A stretch of 64,000 nucleotides of DNA from assembly GCA_951406725.2 (NCBI GenBank), contig OX597828.1:55118001-55182000 (forward strand), written 5' to 3'. A model generated the notes under the pieces. It worked only from the letters and a program-made list of their open reading frames with translations. It did no database searches and was not told the DNA's origin. Position 1 is the first letter of the stretch, and the number at the start of each line of letters is the position of its first letter. The position numbers and the translations under genes are program-made. Source of the DNA: Octopus vulgaris. Its lineage: Eukaryota. Positions 13,290 to 25,566 of this stretch are shown here, piece by piece.

Positions 13290-14410
13290 GCAAGAGAAAT
13301 GAGCAACACCCAATTACCATTTCTTGACATAATGGTAATTAAAAACAACAGCACAAGCACAACTGGTATCTATTACAAAAGCACAGATATACACCAGTAT
13401 CGAAATTTCAAATCATGCCACACACACAAAACGCAACATCCCGTACTGTCTAGCCAGGAAAATTTGTACTATAGTAGATTATTCAAATACCAGAAACACA
13501 CGACATATAGAACTCAAACGATTTCTGCTCAAGCAAAATTACCCAATTCTATTTATAGAAAATAGCATACAACGAGCAAATGAGATACCTGTAGAACAAG
13601 TTTAAGCAACACGAAAAACACGAACCCGTCAAAGAAACACAATACCATTCCTAGTAATACACAATCCACATCAGTAAAACATTTTTAACATCACCAAAAC
13701 ATATTTGCCAATCATAAACTAAAGTGAAAGATTAAAAAAGCATAACTAATCAAAAAGCAACCTGAAGAAACTATTAAGAAAAGCAAAATTCAAACTGAAC
13801 AAACGAGATAACACATTCACAGTATCCAAGTGATAACAGACGTGAGACGTGTCAATACATGCATAGAGAGATAGAGCCATTAGAACAAAAAATGGACAGA
13901 TATTCGCCAATACAAATATGATATGCAAAAGCAGAAATTTGATCTATTGCATTAAATGCCCGAATTGTGAGGAATTATACATAGGTGAGACAGGGAATGC
14001 ATTATCGGAACGCCAACGAGTCCACAGACAACAAATCCGGAACACCAACGTTTGCCAATTCCATTGAGCGAACATATAGAGGCATGTGGTCAGAAAATGT
14101 TTCTAATTTTTCCTTTCCACAAACTACATGACAGAAATGAGATTAGCAGAAAGATAAAGAAAAACGGTTTATAAAATAACAACCAGTTAATGTTGTGGAT
14201 GAATAAATGCAAACAAGTTACAGAATATCGGAACACCAGGAAAACCGTGATGTTTAAGAGTAAGCGGATTGACCAAAAAGGTATTCGAAGAATTCAGCTG
14301 GCTGGAGCGTTCTAAGAGGTACTAAAGTTGTCAAGAACTCAACTGTCAGTTAAACACGTTTGAAATCTGATGAGTATACCATGTATGAAAGTGCTAATTT
14401 TGTTAAAACA
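13290..14410 (+). mobile_element. Penelope-like element, degenerate 3' portion (RT end + GIY-YIG endonuclease + hammerhead-like motif)
   Basis: LPFLDIMV...IYYKSTDIHQYRNFKSCH (RT motif 7/thumb) and NLIYCIKCPNCEELYIGETGNALSERQRVHRQQIR (GIY-YIG), with frameshifts. Minimal hammerhead at 14361-14402. Confidence 0.85.
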
Positions 14411-15119
14411 CCATAATGAAAAAACGTGAAAACCAGAATATGTTGTAATCTTTATTCAACTGATATACTATTCCAAACACATTCACACAAATTCGAAACA
14501 AAATATGTGTGCGTGTGTGTGTGTGTCCGTGCTGTTATTTACCTGGCTAAAATAGTAAACATTTCTCATTCAAATAACACTCGACCAGCTTTAAGAAAAC
14601 CAAGAGCTTGCTGGATAGTCTACACCACATAGACTATACCTGAGAAAAAGCTGAGACGGTCATGGTTGTAACGACTTTGCTCATAGGTCGACAGGTGAGC
14701 TGAGTTAATCTAGAACTGAAGAATAACAATTAACAAATATAATCTAAATTCAATTTGATTCTTTAAATTTGGTTCTCCTTTTAATCATAAGTATACAGCC
14801 ATGATGAAGCATCATTATTACACACGCGCGCATATATACACATATGGATGCGCATATATACGTACATACATAGATGCATATATATATATACGTACGCACA
14901 TACATATGTATATACATACACACATGATCACAACTGCCCAACGAACGGCAACGTGAAACTATGAGTAACATTTCGAGAAGATTTTTTCAGCTTTAATAAA
15001 AGTATATACATGTATATATATTTATATACTTGTGAGTGGATTTGGTAGACGTAAACTTAAAACCCGTCACACACACACACACACATACACACATACATAC
15101 ATATATATATATATATATA

Positions 15120-15340
15120 ACGGGAAGCTTTATGAAAATAGACAAAAGACGAAGGCAGGTGGAAACAAACAAACAATTGTATTAGTATGGCGCTCAGGAA
15201 ATATAAATAAAACAAGTCTTTAACGTTTCGAGCCTACGCTCTTCAACAGAAAGATACACAGAGAGAAAAAAAAACACACAGAAAGAAGGAGAGAAAAAAA
15301 TGCGTGCAGTAACTAACGAATCAACATGGCGATCTGATTT
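15120..15340 (-). mobile_element. Short repeat family abutting (TA)n and carrying a hammerhead-like motif (probable PLE terminal-repeat remnant)
   Basis: Related copies at ~45045-45235 (-), ~53190-53375 (-) and ~56370-56565 (+). Confidence 0.65.
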
Positions 15341-15424
15341 CGGCCAGAGGTCAAAGATCAAACATGAGACGCGAGAGCGAAATAAGGGGAGATAATAGGG
15401 TTGATAATAGGGTTGAATGACCAG

Positions 15425-15765
15425 CTATTAGTGCGTAGGAGAGGTCTGGACGTGTGTATGTATAGGGTTGGTGTATGTATTAGTATGTATTAGTATGTAT
15501 AAGGGTGTGTGTGTGTGTATGTGTGTATGAGAGAGCATTAGTGCGTATGATAGGTCTGGACGTGCGTATGTATGGGGTTGGTGTATGTATTAGTATGTAT
15601 TAGTATGTATTAGTACGTATTAGTATGTATAAGTGTGTGTGTGTGTGTGTATGAGAGAGTATAAGTGCGTATGAGAGATCTGGACGTGTGTATGTATAGG
15701 GTTGGTGTATGTATTAGTATGTATTAGTATGTATTAGTATGTATTAGTTGGTGTATGTATTAGTA
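15425..15765. repeat. Tandem ~110-130 bp units built on a tagtatgtat minisatellite
   Basis: Three copies of tagtgcgta.gagaggtctggacgtg...ggttggtgtatgtat(tagtatgtat)n. Confidence 0.85.
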
Positions 15766-15893
15766 TGGCACATCATATATGATGTGATGTGTAAAGTCGT
15801 GTGGTGTAGTGTGGAAAGAGGAGAAGAGGAGGAGGGGGAGAAGAGGGGGAAGAGGGGGGAAGAGGAGAGGAGGGGAGATATATATATATATAC

Positions 15894-15987
<94 letters not shown>

Positions 15988-16013
15988 ATATGTATATATA
16001 TATATACATATAC

Positions 16014-16110
<97 letters not shown>

Positions 16111-16419
16111 TGTATGTATTTATTCATGTATGCATGTATGTTTAATGTAATCACTAACACACACGCATAGAATGTTGAAACGTAAACGAAACCATGATGT
16201 AATGGTAAACTGATGTGGTAGGTTTCTTTATTTGCATTAATTTTGGAACATAGAAACGCATTGTATAATGAAAACGTGTGCCTGTAATTTTGATAACAGA
16301 AATTAATAAAACATGAAGACGGTTACGAAACAGCTGTAATCACATGCAGGTCATGTAGAAAAATATATTTATTTTCAACTTTCATACCGCCTGACTTTAT
16401 GCTTGATATATGTCAAAAA

Positions 16420-16735
16420 CTGGTACTCTGTCAATTATAACGACGAGCGTTCCAGTTGATCCGTTCAACAGAACAGCCTGCTCCTGAAATTAACGGGCAA
16501 ATGGCTGAGCACTCCACAGACACGTGTACCATTAACGTAGTTCTCGGGTAGATTCAGCGTAACAAAGAATGTGACAAGGCTGGCCCTTTGAAATAAAGAT
16601 ACTACTTTTTTTGCCAGCTGAGTGGACTGGAGCAACGTGAAATAAAGAGTCTTGCTCAAGGACACAACGCGCCGCCAGGAATTGAACCTACGATCTTACG
16701 ATCGTGAGCCGAATAGTTTAACTGCTAAGCCATGT
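16420..16735 (-). mobile_element. SINE family D
   Basis: Reverse complement of the 32757-33046 copy. Confidence 0.82.
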
Positions 16736-16868
16736 GTACGGAATAATGTGGTCTTAAATGCTTTTGCCTGAAAAAGAAAACAGAACAAGATAGAGAGGTC
16801 CTGGCTGGAACACCTTTGGAGAACATGTGCGCTTGATAAGAACTAACTCAGGACTAAACAATAACAGA

Positions 16869-16900
<32 letters not shown>

Positions 16901-16909
16901 TAGTAGCAA

Positions 16910-16968
<59 letters not shown>

Positions 16969-16997
16969 TCAGCAACAGCAGCATCAGCAGCAACAAC

Positions 16998-17372
16998 AGG
17001 AGGCGCAATGGCCCAGTGGTTAGCGCAGCGGACTCACGGTCGGAGGATCGTGGTTTCGATTCCCAGACCGGGCGTTGTGTGTGTTTCTTGAACGAAAACA
17101 CCAAAAGCTCCACGAGGCTCGGGCAGGGGGTGGTGGCGACCCCTGTTGTACTCTTTCGCTCCAACTTTCTCTCACTCTTTCTTCCTGTTTCTTATCCCCG
17201 ACTTCCTATGCAACCGTTGAGCCTGGATGTGCATTCATCCATCCGTCGATGCTCTCAGTGTTGGGGGGGGGGGGGTGACCTGCTTTCTCTTCTGCGGGTC
17301 TTACGAATAGCAAAGGACAACGTTTCAGACTTCTCCCATCTTGCGAGCTCTGGGACGAAGACCGTTCGCTCA
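16998..17372 (+). mobile_element. SINE family B between (AGC/AGT)n and (AAC)n microsatellites
   Basis: Same head as 474; body shared with 34585-34967. Confidence 0.85.
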
Positions 17373-17827
17373 ACATCAACACCAGCAGCAGCAGCAGCAG
17401 CAACAACAACAACAACAAAAACAACAACAATGTCAACAACAACGGGTGATTATGTCTGAGACTATTCGGATTTGAAGTACACAAGTCGTTGTCTGTAAAT
17501 GAAACATTTATTCAGGTGTTGTTCTGCTTCCATCAAAATACAATTTCGTGTAGTAATAACAACAGTAGCAACAACAATATTGTGAGTTTGTGTGAGAAAG
17601 AAATGAAAATAAATAAAAATAAATATAATTCCGCTCCTCTTACCGTTCCCTCAACCTCCAAACAATTTCTCTTGTGCGAATTTCGAAACAGTAAATAATG
17701 ACACGGGGAATATTTAAAAAAAAATAATTGTGCTGACGAGAGAGCCTCGAAATACAGTCGTTCGATATATTAGAAATAGCGACCAAATATCTTTTGCATC
17801 ACACTCACTGTATGTGTGTGTGTGTGT

Positions 17828-18033
17828 CTATTTCTTTACTACCCACAGAGAGGACAGACAAACGGATTAAGTCGATTACATCGACCCCAGTGCGTAACTG
17901 GTGCTTAATTTATCGACCCCGAAAGGATGAAAGGCAAAGTTGACCTCGGCGGAATTTGAACTCAAAACGCAGCGGCGAAATACCACAAAGCATTTCGCCC
18001 GGTGTGCTAACGTTTCTGCCAGCTCACCGCCTT
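17828..18033 (-). mobile_element. SINE family A
   Basis: Family A head and core; flanked by duplicated cactcactgtatgtgtgt. Confidence 0.85.
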
Positions 18034-18237
18034 CACTCACTGTATGTGTGTATCGGTAGATAATATGACAACAGAAATGTGAAGTAGGAAGTTCATGGTA
18101 TTCGACTGATGTTGATCCAAGGGCTGTTCGAGGCTTAGCTTAGAAGGAAATCACACACACATACATACACGCTTACACTCACATACATACACGCTTACAC
18201 ACATACACACATACACAAAGAAAATCTGAAGTGTTTC

Positions 18238-18525
18238 TTACGCACCAAACATCAAATTAGGGTTTCTAGTTACAAGGTCATCGAATTTAGATGATTTCGG
18301 AACACATTGTTGTTTGTTTGACACTCCGTAACGCTGGATTTTTAGTTCCCCGTCGTTGAGCCTTTCCATACGAATCGCGTTTCTGGACCCTACGGAGGGA
18401 TCTTCATTGAAATAATTGAACGGTAGCAGAAAGAAGCTGTGATGTCCTCCGACTGTCGGTATCACCGGTAAATCCTCCATGTGTGGAATTCGGTAAGATC
18501 CAAGGGTAACCCAAACTACCAAATC
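18238..18525 (-). CDS. Copper amine oxidase-like protein, terminal coding exon (95 aa + stop)
   Basis: Acceptor ttttgtag|GAT. DLVVWVTLGSYRIPHMEDLPVIPTVGGHHSFFLLPFNYFNEDPS aligns to the AOC C-terminus DLVAWVTxGFLHIPHxEDIP...FFLRPYNFFDEDPS and joins in frame with exon 25567-27630. Confidence 0.92.
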   Translation of the reverse strand, partial: DLVVWVTLGSYRIPHMEDLPVIPTVGGHHSFFLLPFNYFNEDPSVGSRNAIRMERLNDGELKIQRYGVSNKQQCVPKSSKFDDLVTRNPNLMFGA

Positions 18526-18826
18526 CTACAAAAGATTTTAAAAACAAGAGATATAGACATAAATGAATCTGCTAAAAGACCGAATGTAGAATGAAGGAAA
18601 CGGGTTATATAATGTATGCAAGAAACTAACGATCGGTATACATATATACACACATATATATATGGATATGTATAACCTATATCGTAGATACGTAAAAAGG
18701 ACTCATTTACCTATTTTTCAGTAGAGTATATAAAAAAAACAAAAACAAAGAACATTGGGGACATTTTCTGTTTGGCTGTAACTGTGGAAATTTTAAAGTT
18801 TAGTGAAAAGTTTAAAATTTGATATA

Positions 18827-19520
18827 CCGTAAATCCTCGAGTATAGTCTGCCCTTGAGTATAATACGCAGGGGATTTTTAGGGGGCTGTACCTCTGGAAA
18901 AACCTAAACCTTGTGTATAATACGCACCCTTTCTCTAGCTTGAGTCAAAGAGGTCTATATAACGTCCTTGGTTTGTAAAAATAGACTTGTCACACGCGAC
19001 GGGTTTTGTACGATATAACCGCACAAGGTAGCAACAGCCGGACACTGAACAAATGCGTTCAGGACGGTTTCGTCGCTCAGTACGTACCTCGAACAAGTCC
19101 GTATAACAGAATATCCGTATCTATAGAGTTTATTTCGAAACGGTAGCACCTCCTGTAGCATGCCAGGCCAAGGACATTATTATTATTATTGTATATATAA
19201 CATAATGCAAACGTGTAGCTTTTTTTGTGCATTTTGTTTGCAGAAAATAAAGAAATAACAGTAATAACGTTTAATAAATGTTGCTTACTGCAAGTTATGG
19301 ATGATTCTTTTATGACTTCATTGCTTTCAGGCTTAGCTTAAGGTATTTTTGCGCCCGACATCACAAAATGCATCTGAATAAACATTGCCGGACACCAAAT
19401 AGCGACTCAGAGATTGCTTAGAAAATATTTTTCATTTTTAACCTTGTATATAGTACGCACTAGGGATTTTGACCCTTAAATTTTGGGGAAAAAATGTGGA
19501 TTATACTCAAGGATTTACGG
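18827..19520. mobile_element. Non-autonomous pogo/Tigger-like DNA transposon (MITE) in the amine oxidase intron
   Basis: TIRs ccgtaaatcctcgagtatagtc and ggattatactcaaggatttacgg; TA on both flanks. Confidence 0.85.
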
Positions 19521-19877
19521 TATTTATGTAATTTTCCACGCGGAATCTCAGGAGATAATTTACTTTTTCCAGAACAATTCTTTAAAAGTTACAGGATTTT
19601 AAAGTTTGATGATTTGGAAGATGTCATTTTGTGCGTGAGAGCGTGTTATCAGCTGCAACCAAATGAAATATTGACGAAATTCTGCTTTACGCATGCCATA
19701 TAACATCGCATAAGTTTTTTTTTCTTTTGAAATTTTCAGAAAATTTTTGCGAATTTGTATTATATACACGGAAATTTATACGATTAAGTAAAAACGAAAC
19801 AACAAAATTTTTCGAGCAGGAATTAAGGCCTCCTTGACTCTGTCGTTGCTCACACGTGACTAGCGGCTATCTTTCTT

Positions 19878-20086
<209 letters not shown>

Positions 20087-20367
20087 TATATATATCAGTG
20101 CGAATGATTTTGTTAAGCGGTGTCGAGTTTTACAATTCTGTAAATAATAATAATCGTATTTTGTTTATACGCTTAAAGCTTATAGCGATTACCGTGCAAA
20201 TGGCTAAGGAAAATAGTCTAATGATGCAGCACATAAGCCCTCCACAGAAGAAATAGACTTTCTCGTACGCGTGGGGGAAAGCCTACTTTTTACTGTCGAG
20301 GGATTAAATGCCGCATTATTAGACTATTTTCCTTAGTCATTTGCACGGTGATATATATATATATATC

Positions 20368-20735
20368 TTTTACTTTTTACTTGTTTCGATCATTAGACTG
20401 CAGTCATGCTGGGGCATCGCATTGAAGGGTTTTGAAAGTACCTCTTCTATCAGTCCCTTTTGTTGAACCGCAAGGTTACGGGGAAGTAAACGCACCAACA
20501 CCGGTTGTCAAGCGGTGGTGAAGACAAACACGCACACACACACACACACACACACATCTATATACGACGGGCTTCTATTAGTTTCCATCTACTAAATCTA
20601 CTTATAAGGCTTTGATCGGCAAGAAGCTATTGTAAAAAACAAAACAAAAAACACCTGCCCAAAGAGTCACGCAGTGGGACTGAACCCGGAACCATGTGGC
20701 TGGGAAGCAAGCTTCTTACCACAACAGCCTCGCCT
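20368..20735 (-). mobile_element. SINE family C (internal microsatellite)
   Basis: Homologous to 46622-47043. Confidence 0.8.
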
Positions 20736-20745
20736 GTTATACATG

Positions 20746-20789
<44 letters not shown>

Positions 20790-23254
20790 AGGGAGGAGAG
20801 TGAGAGTAGAAAGAATGAATACACGTCATCAAGGATATATTTTGCAACCCAGTTGATGCATGTTGTGATATGCATATTTAATCGATCCTCTATTTAATCA
20901 ACTAAATTGTCATAGAAAGAGATGAATTAGGCGCCATTCTCTGAGCAAAAGCGATCGAGTTCACGACAATAAACTCTGACTGACAAATATTTCAATGACC
21001 AGTACTCATGTCAAAGGGATAATGCGATAAGTTTATCAGAAATCCTTAGAAATGATATTTAGTTTTATTTTCAGGTCAAAATAAGATTGTAATTTATTCC
21101 GTGTTGTCCTTAGTTGCTCTCGTATAACGCACATTTCTTGAGAACTAACATATATGTTATATACTAGATGGTTTATAAACTGACAGATATTGTATCGATT
21201 CTTTAGTGTTTTATAGTTTTATTTTACTTTATTTTTATATGATTTTATTTACGTTACTTAAAGTCCTCTATCAACGAAAAGAATATGTTCCTTAATGGAT
21301 AGTATATTTATTAATAGATAATAATTTTCATTTATAGCCCTAATTATTTCAGCCTGTCTTCTTCGATTTACTGGGTGTACTTAATGACATCATGGATTAA
21401 GTTACAATTACTCACACTCACACATACACTTTAATAGACAAAATACATGTTTTATGTGCTACTAATAATCTCTTGTACTGAGAACATGCCAAACAGTTTT
21501 ATAACACGTCTGACATCTCGGTACAGTCATCTGGCACAGCCCACATGACATAACGAATTAAAAATTGAATGAAAAGACAGACGAGAAAAAGCGAAAAGGA
21601 AATATATAGAAACAGTGGAAGGTTAAAATACCGGAAAACGAAAAAGTAATTAGAGAGAAGTAAAATTATAAAAACATTTATCTCCCTTAGACCATAAAGT
21701 ATAGGGCTGGAGAACATAGTGACTTGGAATTTATGGTACAAGTTAATCAAGTGTAGGAGGATCTTCCCAATTCTTCAATCCTTCAAGCCTTATAATTGTA
21801 TTGTAGTGTATAACTGTAGTATAGCGTACACTACACACATGTACACTGCGCACTACACTATATCCATGTACACTACACGCATGCTCATGCACATTGGAGG
21901 TGGTGCTGCATTTATGAGGTCCTCCCATAATAACGGGATCAATACGTTTGCGTTTTGCCTCTTATAGCTTCAGATCGATGTCTATCAGGAGAACAAGGGC
22001 AGGAGAAGGATTAGTGGAGGGTTTACGACTGAGTTACATTAAATATGATAGGAGATAAACAAACCAGTGGCTATGAGTGGTCTTGATTTTTAACTTCATA
22101 GTTAAGAGCAGTGGATGTTGTAGTAGTAGTAGAATAGGTTTAGAGATGACACAGATGATCTGCAGCTTAAGTTGGGGGGATGGTGGAGCTTATGGTGATA
22201 GGGTGAGTTTTGTGTATATGAGACAGGTGTTAAGGACGTGGGGGTTGCGTTGGAAGTGGATATACGGTAAGTATCCGGTAGATGTAGAGACAATGATAGT
22301 TCGACGGCGACTGGATTTGGAGGTTGAGAAGGGATTAAAGATATTTTGAGTGCCTTTGTGTCGATCAGGACCTTGTGGAGTGGATGATAATAATTACTGA
22401 AGAGAATTCAAAAAAAGGTAAATGGTTCTGTTCTACATTAGAAGCGTCAGAGTGAAGTAATCAAAGACAATGAGTTAAAAATGTTGGGGAAGTGAGGTAG
22501 AGATCCACGATGGAAGAGGGCCGGCAGATTTTGAAGAACAGTAGAATCAGCGCGTGAATTTAGGAGGAATGAGGGAGATATAGTCTGAATCAAAATGACA
22601 AGTCTCGTCTCTGTTAGGCACGTGGCAGTGAATAGTTGAAGGAAGCGAGCGTCTTGAAAAAGCACAAAAGTAACTTTCAGAATGAAGTTGGAATTTAGAA
22701 TTTAAAATAGATGAAAACGAAAGATAAGAAGGTGAAAGATTGGTGTCAGCGAGGAGCAGGATGTGTTACTTGAGTGTTAGCAAGGAGTGATGTGCATCAG
22801 CCAGGTTGGCCAGAAGTCCACGGACATGCGCACACACACACGCGCGCGCTTTTATTCATTTGTTCTTTTATACGTTTCAGCCCGAAGGCTGTGGACATGC
22901 TGGGGCACCGCCACTGTAATCACCCCTTCATTGGCTAATCTTAAGTGATTAGCTTTTGGTGCAGAAGGGTGTTCGACACTGCTGCCCTCTTTTGCGTCTC
23001 CAGTTTTGATACTGGTTCAATGTGGGACCTTGAACAACAGGAGGTGAAGGTGTTTCTTGAAAACATCTACCCCCACTCCATGAAGATCCCCCAGATGTTT
23101 TGGCAAGGTATTAAATACCTGTGGGCCCTTGAATCACAAGCTGTTGACATGATCCTCACTCTAGATGGGACAACTGGGACTTTTGGAACAGTGCAACATA
23201 CATACATACATACATACATACATACATACATACATACATACATACATACATACA

Positions 23255-23286
<32 letters not shown>

Positions 23287-24878
23287 CGAATAACTGTATA
23301 GGGGATTGAACGTGATTCATATTTGATTGAGATTTTATTGACTGTTCAGACTAAATGTTTGCAAAGGGGAAGAAGTGTCCACGATTCGTCAAAAACCAAT
23401 AATTTGGTCTCTTTAAGTAGGACAACTGAGTGTGACTGAGGGTTTGCCTCCCGAAATCCTCTGTTGGCAGAGACACCAGTTCTAGCTAATAGGGCAGTCA
23501 TCCGAGGTGTTACACACGTGACTGGACACGCATTTTGCGATCTCTAGTAAAAAATTTTTCCACTCACAAATTCTAGCAAACAGAAGTGCCTCGCCAAGGA
23601 AAGCATATAGGCAAAAAAGTAGTCGTACCATAAAAAAAAAAATGCAGAACATGAAATGTACTCTTAAAAACAAAACAGAAAATCATCATAATAAATGGAA
23701 GAAAGGAATACTTTTCAAAAATAGCGTTATATTTGAGTTTCCTTGATTTTCTCACTATTCTATAAAATTGAACACATTAAAAATCAATTTTGGAAATTAT
23801 TATAAAGCTACGTAAAGATTAGGTAAGAAAGCCAGAGTAACTTTGTACTTTGGCATAATTAAAATGTGATTAATGTTGAATATCGGTTTAAAATTTTCGA
23901 CACAATGCCAGCAATTTCGGGGGAGCGGGTAAGTCGATTATATCGATTCCAGTGTTCATTTAGTACTTATTTCTTCGACTCCAGAAGGATGAAAGGCAAA
24001 ACTGACTTCAGCAGCTTTTGAACTCAGAACGTAAGGACGAATGAGATGTCACTAAGCCTTATCGACGTAGAATATTGGCATATTTTTGTCATAAAGATAA
24101 CCATTTCTGTCTCCTCTGTTACGATACAATGTTATCATTGTTGCTATTCCTGTCTTAACACAGGAAATGTTGTGTAATCTAACATTGCTGTAACGTAGCA
24201 GCCGTTCTTCTCACATCTGTTTCAACTGACCATTAAAATGGCATCCGAAAACGTTTGATTCCATAAATTATTTACAAGATTTCAAATTTCTTGGGATTTA
24301 AAAAAAAATTTTGTAGATTAAAAAAAGATGAACAAAATAAAAATTAAAGACATTGCACAATATTCGTTCTAGATTTACAAAACTTCCGGGAAGTGACTGG
24401 GTCCTGGGACTAAACAGCAGCAATAACAAATGGAACATCAACAAGAGCAAGACAAACAACAGCGGCAGCAGCAGCAACAACAACAACAACAACAAGTTAT
24501 TACAAGAATAACGACAATCTGGCTTCTGCTGCCCTAACCGCTTCATCAGAACTAAAGATAAGGAAACTGAAAATAATCTTTGCGAGATATTGTCTGCAGA
24601 TGGAATTGATTGGTTTCAGACGACAGTTATCAGATATATAAAACGGAAGTTAAACACAAGCGTTTTGTTGAGAAATATAAGAGAAAGAGAGAGAGAGAAA
24701 GAGGGAGAGAGAGAGGGAGGGGTATGTTAGCCAAAGAAGGAAGAAGAGTGAGTGGAAAGAATGAGAGAGAGACAGAAAGTGAGTGAGAAAGATTTGTCAT
24801 AAGAATTTATGGGAGAGACAGAGTGTATGTGTTTGTGAGTGAGTGTGTGTGAGTGTGTGTGTGTATTTGTGTTTGAGA

Positions 24879-24925
<47 letters not shown>

Positions 24926-25189
24926 AGAGAGAAACAGACAGATACGAAAACAGAGTGCAAAAGTGAGAGAAAGAGAAAGAGAGAGAGAGAGAGAGGAATG
25001 GGAAAAGAGAAAGATCGCGTGCGTGCGTGTGTAAGCCAGAGGAGGAAAAGTGGATGGAGCGAGAGAGAGTGAGAGAGAGACAGACAAACAGACAGACAGA
25101 AAGTGAAAGATCTGTAAAATATAATTTCAGAGAGAAGTATAGAAGAAAAAGAGGGGTGGAGAGACAATGAGAGGGAGTTAAGAGAGAAG

Positions 25190-25426
25190 TACCTATTTCT
25201 TTACTACCCACAAGGGGCTAAAGACAAAGAGGACAAACAAGGACAGACAAACGGATTAAGTCGATTACATCGACCCCAGTGCGTATCTGGTACTTATTTA
25301 ATCGACCCCGAAGGGATGAAAGACAAAGTCGACCTCGGCGGAATTTGAACTCAGAACGTAGTGGCAGACGAAACACTGCTGAGCATTTCACCCGGTGTGC
25401 TAACGTTTCTGCCAGCTCGCCGCCTT
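25190..25426 (-). mobile_element. SINE family A
   Basis: Family A head plus first unit. Confidence 0.88.
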
Positions 25427-25566
25427 GAAATTCTAATTAATCAAAATTTATTTAATAAAGAATGCTATATGTAATCAGTAAAACAGCAACAAATGTGGAT
25501 ATATTTGGGTCTGATTAGACCTCGGCTTATCTTGTAATTTACCTACAATCGAAAGAAGATGCTTAC

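Noticed and set aside
16827-17459. 210-aa poly-Ser ORF
   Set aside because: It consists of trinucleotide repeats plus a family B SINE.
17730-17765. CUGACGA GAG-AGC-CUC GAAA motif
   Set aside because: No stem I pairing; likely chance or too decayed.
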